64,000 nucleotides of DNA, from contig JAPPNO010000117.1 of assembly GCA_028873845.1 (NCBI GenBank), positions 794-64,793 of the forward strand. Reading direction: 5' to 3'. The notes beneath the pieces were generated by a model that made no database searches, was not told the origin of the DNA, and worked only from the letters and a program-made list of their open reading frames with translations. The stretch is from Gemmatimonadota bacterium (lineage in GTDB: Bacteria > Gemmatimonadota > Gemmatimonadetes > Longimicrobiales > Gaopeijiaceae). Each line of letters starts with the position of its first letter. Positions within the stretch are counted from its first letter, which is position 1. A program made the position numbers and the translations under genes. Shown piece after piece: positions 28,237-34,836 of the stretch.

Positions 28237-28365
28237 CACCCCCCGCCAGTATACATTCAGCTTGGCTCACAAAGCCAAGCCCGGTGCCGCCTTGCCGGCG
28301 GCCCCGGTTTCGCGCAGGACCTGGTGTCCCGCCCGATGTCAAACCCTGAAAAAGGAGGTGATCAC

Positions 28366-28428
28366 TTGTCTAGTCCCAGTACCCAGCCCAACCCGGCAAG
28401 GGCAAGCGATCGCCGCTTCGGCAACTAG
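28366..28428 (+). CDS. possible 20-codon mini-ORF behind a perfect Shine-Dalgarno
   Basis: aaggaggtgatc (28352-28363) is a 12-nt exact complement of the canonical 16S 3' tail. A TTG follows 7 nt after AGGAGG and would encode (M)SSPSTQPNPARASDRRFGN*. There is no other support for translation. Confidence 0.2.
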   Translation: MSSPSTQPNPARASDRRFGN

Positions 28429-28497
28429 GCCGAAACACGATCGAGTCGTTCGCGCCGTAAGCGGTCTTCGCGCCGGGTTGCGGCCGGTTTCAAAAAA

Positions 28498-28540
28498 AGC
28501 CCCCGGAGGTTCTGTGTGGCGTCCAGAGTCTCCGGGGGCT
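28498..28540. terminator. long hairpin flanked by A7 (5') and a T-rich tract (3'); reads as an intrinsic terminator on the minus strand
   Basis: The arms agcccccggaggttctg and cagagtctccgggggct form about 17 bp including two G-T wobbles, with a 9-nt loop. The hairpin is preceded by aaaaaaa (28492-28498) and followed by tatcgtttgt. On the minus strand it is a stem followed by U7. Confidence 0.5.
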
Positions 28541-28591
28541 TATCGTTTGTCCGCCAGCCCCGACCGTCCACGTCCCGCGGGAATCCACCCC

Positions 28592-30454
28592 ATGAGTCCT
28601 CGCCGCATCGTCGCTACGATGGCCGCCGTGGCCGTCGCATCTCTCGTCACATGTACCCCTTCCCCCGCCCAGGAGGGTGAAAGGCTGTTTGCCGAGCGGT
28701 GTGCCGGCTGTCACACGCCTGCGGGCACCGAGCGGGCTGCCGGACTCTCCCTTCTCGCCCAGCTTTCCCCGCGGGCCATCGTCGGGGTTCTCGAAGACGG
28801 GGTCATGCGCGTGGAAGGCTCCGGCATGACCGCAGAGCAGAGGATCCAGGTGGCCGAATACCTCTCCAAGCGGAGCTACGTGGCCGAGGCGATTCCGGAA
28901 GCCGCCCACTGTGCCGACCCGTCCTGGACGGGCCTCGATCCCGGGTCCGTCTCCTGGATGGGCTTCGCCGGCAACCTTGCCGGCACCGGCTACCAGCCCC
29001 CGGGACGCGCGGGCCTGGACGCTGCGGATGTCCCGAATCTGCAGCTGAAGTGGGCCTTCGCCTTCCCGGACGGCAGCAACATGCGCACCTCGCCGGCCGT
29101 GGCCGGGGACGCCGCCCTGGTCGCCGGACCCTTCGGCGAGGTCCTGGCGCTGGACGTGGCCACCGGGTGCGTGCGCTGGAGCTTCGAAGCCGACGCCATG
29201 ATCCGCGGCGCCATTGTGCTGGGCGAGGGTCCCGAAGGCCGTTCGACCGCCTGGTTCGTGGACGCCAGGACGAATGCCTACGCCGTGGATCTCGAAAGCG
29301 GATCGCTGGTGTGGAAGCACCGGGTCGGCTGGCACGCCGCGGCGTACGGTACGGGCAGCCCGGCGCTGTACGACGGCCGGCTCATTGTCCCCGTGTCGTC
29401 GCTCGAGGTCTCGGTGTCGGGGGATCCCCGCTACGAATGCTGCACCTCTTCGGGGGCGGTCGCGGCGCTGGACGCCGCCACCGGCGAGGTCCTCTGGTAT
29501 CACCGCGTGATCCCGGGTTACCCGGAGGAAACGGGGAAGAACGGCATCGGCACCATGAACTGGGGGCCGTCCGGCGCGGCGGTCTGGTCCAGTCCCACCG
29601 TGGACCCCGCGCGCGGCCTGGTCTACGCCGGGACAGGCGAAAACCTCACCCACCCCACCACCGAAACCAGCGACGCGATCCTCGCGCTGGACCTGGAGAC
29701 GGGGGATCCGGCGTGGTCGTTCCAGGGCACCGCGAACGACGCCTTCAACATGGCGTGCACGCAGGCAGCCTACCGCGACAACTGTCCCGATCCGGCGGGA
29801 CCCGATCTCGACTTCGGGATGGCGCCGATGCTCGTCACCCGCCCCGACGGGAAGGAGATCCTGGTCGCGGGACAGAAGTCCGGCATGGTGTGGGCACTCG
29901 ACCCGGATGACGGCGGGGCTCTGTTGTGGTCCGCGCTGGTGGGCAAGGGCAGCGCGCTGGGGGGGATTCACTGGGGGATGGCCACCGACGGACGCTACGC
30001 GTACGCGCCCGTGGCCGACCGGGAAGCGGTGATCGTCGACGTTCATCCCGAAAAGGCGCTGTCGCCCGGGCTCTACGCGCTCGACCTCATGACCGGGGAG
30101 GTGGTGTGGGAGTCGGTGCCGCCCGCGGAGGCCTGCGAAGGCAAGAAGGGTTGCTACTCCTCCATTTCGGCCGGCGTCACCGCGATCGACGGGGTGGTCT
30201 TCGCGGGGGGTCTGGACGGCGTGATCCGTGCCCATTCGACCACGGACGGAGCCGTGATCTGGGAATTCGACACGACCCGGCCGGTCCGGACGGTGGGGGG
30301 CGTGCCGGGCCGGGGGGGCGCCATCGACGGGCCGGGACCGGTGGTCGCGGGGGGCATGGTGTTCGTGAACAGCGGCTATGGGACGTTTTTCCAGATGCCG
30401 GGGAACCTGTTGCTGGCATTCGGGGTGGGGGATCCCGCGGGGACTGGGAATTGA
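28592..30454 (+). CDS. cytochrome c + PQQ-like beta-propeller dehydrogenase (polyvinyl-alcohol-dehydrogenase-like architecture)
   Basis: A signal peptide is followed by the haem-c site FAERCAGCHTPAG. Propeller repeats follow (PAVAGDAALVAG, ALDVATGCVRWSF, ALDAATGEVLWYH, ALDLETGDPAWSF, ALDLMTGEVVWES). The track ORF is trimmed to the ATG at 28592. Confidence 0.8.
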   Translation: MSPRRIVATMAAVAVASLVTCTPSPAQEGERLFAERCAGCHTPAGTERAAGLSLLAQLSPRAIVGVLEDGVMRVEGSGMTAEQRIQVAEYLSKRSYVAEAIPEAAHCADPSWTGLDPGSVSWMGFAGNLAGTGYQPPGRAGLDAADVPNLQLKWAFAFPDGSNMRTSPAVAGDAALVAGPFGEVLALDVATGCVRWSFEADAMIRGAIVLGEGPEGRSTAWFVDARTNAYAVDLESGSLVWKHRVGWHAAAYGTGSPALYDGRLIVPVSSLEVSVSGDPRYECCTSSGAVAALDAATGEVLWYHRVIPGYPEETGKNGIGTMNWGPSGAAVWSSPTVDPARGLVYAGTGENLTHPTTETSDAILALDLETGDPAWSFQGTANDAFNMACTQAAYRDNCPDPAGPDLDFGMAPMLVTRPDGKEILVAGQKSGMVWALDPDDGGALLWSALVGKGSALGGIHWGMATDGRYAYAPVADREAVIVDVHPEKALSPGLYALDLMTGEVVWESVPPAEACEGKKGCYSSISAGVTAIDGVVFAGGLDGVIRAHSTTDGAVIWEFDTTRPVRTVGGVPGRGGAIDGPGPVVAGGMVFVNSGYGTFFQMPGNLLLAFGVGDPAGTGN

Positions 30455-31359
30455 TGGACTTCGGCTGGCCTTCCGGGCACGGCGGGAACACATTGTCAGC
30501 CATGACAAACGAAGCAACGTTCGTCGGCTTGGCGCGCGCACTGCTGCTCGCGGCCCTCGCCATCACACCCCCCCTCTCCCTCGACGCCCAGAGCCGAGAT
30601 ATTCCCCGCACGGCGTCCGGCAAGCCCGACATGAACGGCCTCTGGCAGGCGCTCGGCAACGCGCACTGGGACATCGAGCCGCATGCGGCGCGTCCCGCGC
30701 TGGCCATGCAGCCGGGTCCGGTCATCCCCGTGCCCGCCAACGAGGTCCTCGCGATGGGGGCCGTGGGGTCCGTCCCATCCGGCTATGGCGTGGTCGTGGG
30801 CGGTGAAATCCCCTACCTGCCCGAAGCGCTCGAACTTCGCGAGGAGAACCGGGAGCACTGGCTGGAGCGCGACCCGGAGATCAAGTGCTATCTCCCGGGC
30901 GTGCCGCGCGCGACGTACATGCCCTTCCCCTTCCGGATCTTCCAGAGCGAAGCGAAGGTCTTCATGGCGTACGAGTACGCGGGCGCCATGCGCGAGGTCT
31001 ACCTGGAGGATCCCGGGCCGCCCCAGGTGGATTCGTGGATGGGACAGTCGGTGGGCCAGTGGGAGGGCGACACCTTCGTGGTGAAGGTGAACGGCTTCAA
31101 CGGGCAGACCTGGTTCGACCGGGCGGGCAACCACCACAGCGCGGGGCTTCAGGTCACCGAACGGTACACCATGACCGGCCCCGACCACATCATGTACGAG
31201 GCCGAGATCGTCGACCCCGCGACCTTTTCGCGTCCGTGGACGATCCGCATGCCGCTTTACCGCAACATCGACCCCAACGCACGGCTGGGACAGTTCAAGT
31301 GCGTCGAGTTCGTCGAGGAGCTGATGTATGGACACCTGCGCAAGAATCCGATCCGGTAG
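30454..31359 (+). CDS. exported hypothetical protein, paralogue 1
   Basis: The ATG overlaps the upstream stop (TGATG at 30452-30456). An alternative ATG at 30502 gives the signal MTNEATFVGLARALLLAALA. The protein shares PRT-SGKPD(M/L)-G-W, W-G-S-G-WEGDT(F/L)VV and following blocks with the next gene. Confidence 0.7.
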   Translation: MDFGWPSGHGGNTLSAMTNEATFVGLARALLLAALAITPPLSLDAQSRDIPRTASGKPDMNGLWQALGNAHWDIEPHAARPALAMQPGPVIPVPANEVLAMGAVGSVPSGYGVVVGGEIPYLPEALELREENREHWLERDPEIKCYLPGVPRATYMPFPFRIFQSEAKVFMAYEYAGAMREVYLEDPGPPQVDSWMGQSVGQWEGDTFVVKVNGFNGQTWFDRAGNHHSAGLQVTERYTMTGPDHIMYEAEIVDPATFSRPWTIRMPLYRNIDPNARLGQFKCVEFVEELMYGHLRKNPIR

Positions 31360-31420
31360 GAGAAGGCCCGGGGAGCGACCCGCCTCGGCAGGACGCCCGG
31401 GAGGCGGCGGCGCCCGCTGG

Positions 31421-32476
31421 GTGGGGCCGCTCCTTCGCGCCCTGGCCCTGGCGGCATTCGCCGGCGGACCCTGGCCGGCCCACGCAGCCCACGCCCAGGA
31501 GAAGCCCGACCCCGACTGGGTCGTGCCCCGCACTCCCTCCGGTCACCCCGACCTCCAGGGCAACTGGTCGAACGCGACGATTACGCCCATTCAGCGCTGG
31601 TCGGAAGACATGGATCCCGTCTTCACCTGGGAGCAGGTCAGGGCGATCGAGAGCGGGGCGATGAGTGCCCGCGAGGCCGCCAACGCCGACAGCGACCCCG
31701 ACCGCGGACCGCCTCCGGTGGGCGGTGAGTTCACCGGCGACCCGCTGCTGGACGCCGCGTCGGGCGGGACCGGAGGCTACAACGCGTTTTTCATCGACTC
31801 CGGGGACAGGATCGCGATCTTCGACTGGGAACCGCGCACCTCGCTCGTCGTCCATCCGGAAAACGGTCGGCTGCCGCAACTCACCGAGGACGCCCGCGCG
31901 TGGTTCGCGGAGCGGCGGCGCAACCGGGGTGACATGGGTGCATTCGACAACCCCGAGAACCGGCCGCTGGCGGAGCGGTGCATCATGTCGTTCGGGTCGA
32001 ACGCGGGGCCGCCGATGCTGCCGAACTACTTCTACAACAACAACTACACGATCGTGCAGACTCCGGATCACATCATGATCATGACCGAGATGGTGCACGA
32101 CGTGCGGATCATTCGCCTGGGCGAGCCCGAGCGGCTGCCGAAGCACATCCGCCCCTGGATGGGCGATTCCTGGGGGCGCTGGGAGGGCGACACGCTGGTG
32201 GTCGAGACGACCAACATCCACCCGCGCCAGTCGCTGCAGGGGATACCGCCGTCGGAGGAGATCCGGGTGGTCGAGCGCTTCACCCGCGCCGGCGAAGACA
32301 GGATCCACTACGAATTCACCGTCGAGGACCCGCTCAGGTGGGAGGAGGCCTGGCGCGGCCAAGTGCCCTTCAACCGGCTCGACGGGCTCGTCTACGAATA
32401 CGCCTGCCACGAGGGCAACTACGCGCTGGAGAACGTGCTCCGGGGCGCCCGGGCGGAAGAACGGAGGAACAGATGA
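31421..32476 (+). CDS. exported hypothetical protein, paralogue 2
   Basis: The GTG at 31421 gives the signal VGPLLRALALAAFAGGPWPAHA. The track ATG at 31328 overlaps the previous gene. Conserved blocks are PRTPSGHPDLQGNW, WMGDSWGRWEGDTLVV and EYACHEGNYA. Confidence 0.7.
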   Translation: MGPLLRALALAAFAGGPWPAHAAHAQEKPDPDWVVPRTPSGHPDLQGNWSNATITPIQRWSEDMDPVFTWEQVRAIESGAMSAREAANADSDPDRGPPPVGGEFTGDPLLDAASGGTGGYNAFFIDSGDRIAIFDWEPRTSLVVHPENGRLPQLTEDARAWFAERRRNRGDMGAFDNPENRPLAERCIMSFGSNAGPPMLPNYFYNNNYTIVQTPDHIMIMTEMVHDVRIIRLGEPERLPKHIRPWMGDSWGRWEGDTLVVETTNIHPRQSLQGIPPSEEIRVVERFTRAGEDRIHYEFTVEDPLRWEEAWRGQVPFNRLDGLVYEYACHEGNYALENVLRGARAEERRNR

Positions 32477-32931
32477 TCATGCGCAGGAAACACTTCACAG
32501 CATTGCTGGGGGGCATCGCGCTGTTGGCGGTGGTCGCGGTGCCGGTGGTCGCGCACCACGCCTTCGGGGCGGAGTTCGACCGCAACATGCCGGTCCGTCT
32601 CCAGGGCAAGGTCGTCAAGCTGGAGTGGGTGAACCCGCACACCTGGATCCACCTTGAGATCGAGAACGAGGAAGGCGAGAAGGAGGTGTGGGCGGTGGAA
32701 GGGGGGACGCCGAACGTGTTGTTGCGCCGGGGGCTGAGGCGGGACTGCCTGGAGCCCGGGACCGAGATCATCGTGGACGGGTACCAGGCCAAGGACCACT
32801 CGCTGAAGCGGGCCAACGGGCGGGATGTGACGTTTACCGACGGCTCGAAGATCTTCCTGGGGTCGTCGGGGACGGGGGCGCCGTACGAGGAGGAACTGCT
32901 GAAGGCGCGGAAGGAGAAGGGGCGCTGCTGA
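32473..32931 (+). CDS. DUF6152-type small exported protein
   Basis: MIMRRKHFTALLGGIALLAVVAVPVVAHHAFGAEFD...VKLEWVNPHTWIH matches my recollection of DUF6152. The ATG overlaps the upstream stop (ATGA at 32473-32476). Confidence 0.7.
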   Translation: MIMRRKHFTALLGGIALLAVVAVPVVAHHAFGAEFDRNMPVRLQGKVVKLEWVNPHTWIHLEIENEEGEKEVWAVEGGTPNVLLRRGLRRDCLEPGTEIIVDGYQAKDHSLKRANGRDVTFTDGSKIFLGSSGTGAPYEEELLKARKEKGRC

Positions 32932-32988
32932 GAAGCGGGTAGCGAAACCCTGTCGGGGTCTCGCCACGTGGAGACTGCAGGCTCAATG

Positions 32989-33065
32989 CTGGCCAGTTTT
33001 TCTGGCCAGATTGATGGGCTGGACCTGAATCTGGCTAGATTTTCTGGCCAGAATCGCCTGGACGG
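32989..33065. repeat. AT-rich cluster of six CTGG(C/A)(C/T)(A/C)(G/T)-type 8-mers at 12-17-nt spacing
   Basis: ctggccag occurs at 32989, 33002 and 33044. ctggctag is at 33031, ctggacct at 33019 and ctggacgg at 33058. Two 20-mers (32993-33012 and 35 nt... 33035-33054) match at 17 of 20 positions. The cluster lies between two convergent stop codons. Confidence 0.7.
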
Positions 33066-33077
33066 GCCGGGAGCACC

Positions 33078-33548
33078 TCACGAGAAGCCGATCCACCGCC
33101 CCGCCGCCGCCACGGTGAACCACAGCGCCAGCGACACGGCGCCGATCACCTTGCAGCGAGGACCGGGTTCCATTCCCTCGTTGCGGGCCACCCGTTCGCG
33201 CACCCCGAAGGTGAAGCCCAGCGCGACCGGCAGGGTCGACATCTTCACCCGGAACGAGGTGTTGTAGTAGGCCTTGATCGCCTCCGAGAGGAAGAGGGGG
33301 ATGCCGGTCGCGACCATGACCGCCAGGGCCGCGATGAGCCACGGACGCGCGTGGCGCGCCAGCCGCGAAACGGACTGGCCGGTGAGGCCGAGGCCGAGCA
33401 TGCGCAGGTCGACGACGAGCAGCGCGCCGCCCAGGAGGCAGAGTCCGAGCAGGTGGACCGCCTCCAGGATGGGGAAGGCCCACACCGAATTGGCGACGGC
33501 CTGGCCGACGAGCGTCGATTCGCACCAGCGGAAGAACGGTTCGAGCAT
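33078..33548 (-). CDS. DUF6644-like four-helix membrane protein, copy 2
   Basis: MLEPFFRWCESTLVGQAVANSVWAFPILEAVHLLGLCLLGGALLVVDLRMLGL is a clear paralogue of the upstream gene. Confidence 0.7.
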   Translation of the reverse strand: MLEPFFRWCESTLVGQAVANSVWAFPILEAVHLLGLCLLGGALLVVDLRMLGLGLTGQSVSRLARHARPWLIAALAVMVATGIPLFLSEAIKAYYNTSFRVKMSTLPVALGFTFGVRERVARNEGMEPGPRCKVIGAVSLALWFTVAAAGRWIGFS

Positions 33549-33557
33549 GGGGCGGTC

Positions 33558-34115
33558 CTACTCCGTCACCGCTTCGCAGCCGGCCAGCCAGTTGACCCAG
33601 CCGGGCTGGGGCTGGATGTCGCAGTCGAACCAGTTGTAGGCGATCAGGCGGCCGGTCACCACGACCACGGCCCAGGCGGTCAGTGACACGGTTCCGGCGA
33701 TGCGGGCGGCTCGCGGAGGGATGGCGTCGGCACCCCAATCGGCCGCGCGGCGGTGGGCGCCCCGGTGGAAAACGAAGGCGTTGACCCCCGCCGCGATCAT
33801 CACAAGCACCTTGACGCGGAAGAACACGTTGTGGTAGTAGCGGAGCGGCTGGGAGTAGAAGAGGAGGAGGCCCGTGACGGTCATGACGATGAATCCCGCG
33901 TGCGTCCACGGCAGGAGCCGCCCCGTGAAGGACTGAACCGGCACGTTGCGGAAGGCGAGACCGGTCAGCCTCAGGTCCATCATGATGGTGGCGCCGACGA
34001 AGAGGCCGAGGGTGAGGACGTGGGTGGATTCCACCAGCGGCCAGGCGTAGAGCGACTCGAGGAGCGCAACGCTCCACGGCGTCTCCCCCAGCCAGGCGAG
34101 GAAGCGCTCGATCAC
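33558..34115 (-). CDS. DUF6644-like membrane protein, copy 1
   Basis: The GTG at 34115 overlaps the upstream stop (GTGA). The read VIERFLAWLGETPWSVALLESLYAWPLVESTHVLTLGLFVGATIMMDLRLTGL has a conserved His in helix 1, as in copy 2. The rest of track ORF 33558-35111 is rejected. Confidence 0.7.
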   Translation of the reverse strand: MIERFLAWLGETPWSVALLESLYAWPLVESTHVLTLGLFVGATIMMDLRLTGLAFRNVPVQSFTGRLLPWTHAGFIVMTVTGLLLFYSQPLRYYHNVFFRVKVLVMIAAGVNAFVFHRGAHRRAADWGADAIPPRAARIAGTVSLTAWAVVVVTGRLIAYNWFDCDIQPQPGWVNWLAGCEAVTE

Positions 34116-34633
34116 GGCGAGCGGACGCGCTCCCCGGCCGAATCCGCCGCGGCCGAGTCGGGCATGTCGCTCGGGCGAATGGTCTCCGTCGCGTACGCCG
34201 CGTGGCACCCCACGCAGACGAAGTACACCTCGGCCCCCACGTCGAAGACGGCCTCGGCATCCCTCGCCACCGCCGCATCCACCGCGCGCCGCCCCACCTC
34301 GATCATCGCCCGGGACATCGCGATCCAGTGCTCCCTGCCCTGGGTGCGCTCCTCCATGAGGAGCAGGTTGCCCGATTCGGCGAGCACCCACGCCGCGTTC
34401 TCGACCGCCTCCCACTCCTCGTCGCTCCGCGGCTCGATCTCGTGGGTGCCCTCGAGGTCCATGATCACGCCCACCGCGTCCCAGTACACCTCGGCGGCGG
34501 GCTCGATGACCGAGACCATGAGCTGCCGCCCGTCGGCGACGGCCTCGAAGGGTAGCGAGTCGGAGGCGTCCGGGGCGCAGCCGATGGGGATGACGAGCAT
34601 CGCCAGGAGGAGGGTGCCTGCACATCGTCTCAT
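34112..34633 (-). CDS. class II (cytochrome c'-like) c-type cytochrome lipoprotein
   Basis: Lipobox LVIPIGC. The body is predicted helical and there is a single haem site, FVCVGCHAAY, near the C-terminus. That placement is the class II cytochrome c arrangement. Confidence 0.6.
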   Translation of the reverse strand: MRRCAGTLLLAMLVIPIGCAPDASDSLPFEAVADGRQLMVSVIEPAAEVYWDAVGVIMDLEGTHEIEPRSDEEWEAVENAAWVLAESGNLLLMEERTQGREHWIAMSRAMIEVGRRAVDAAVARDAEAVFDVGAEVYFVCVGCHAAYATETIRPSDMPDSAAADSAGERVRSP

Positions 34634-34836
34634 TCGTGCCCTGCCTCCGTCTCCTGTGCTGAATGGTGACGCGCCGGGAGTCCCCCACCCCGCCCGGGCA
34701 TCCCGACACGGCCCACAACCTAAGCGACCGGCCCGCTTCACGCTCGGCGCGGTCGCGAAAACGCCCGTCCACGGCCATCTTGTCCGCAGGGGCGAGCACC
34801 CCGCACCACCCCGCGACCCCAACCGGACCCACCTGC

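Noticed and set aside
28352-28363. Possible rRNA fragment (12-nt match to the complement of the 16S 3' end)
   Set aside because: Only the 12-mer matches. The flanking sequence has no resemblance to the 16S 3' domain, so it is better read as a Shine-Dalgarno sequence.
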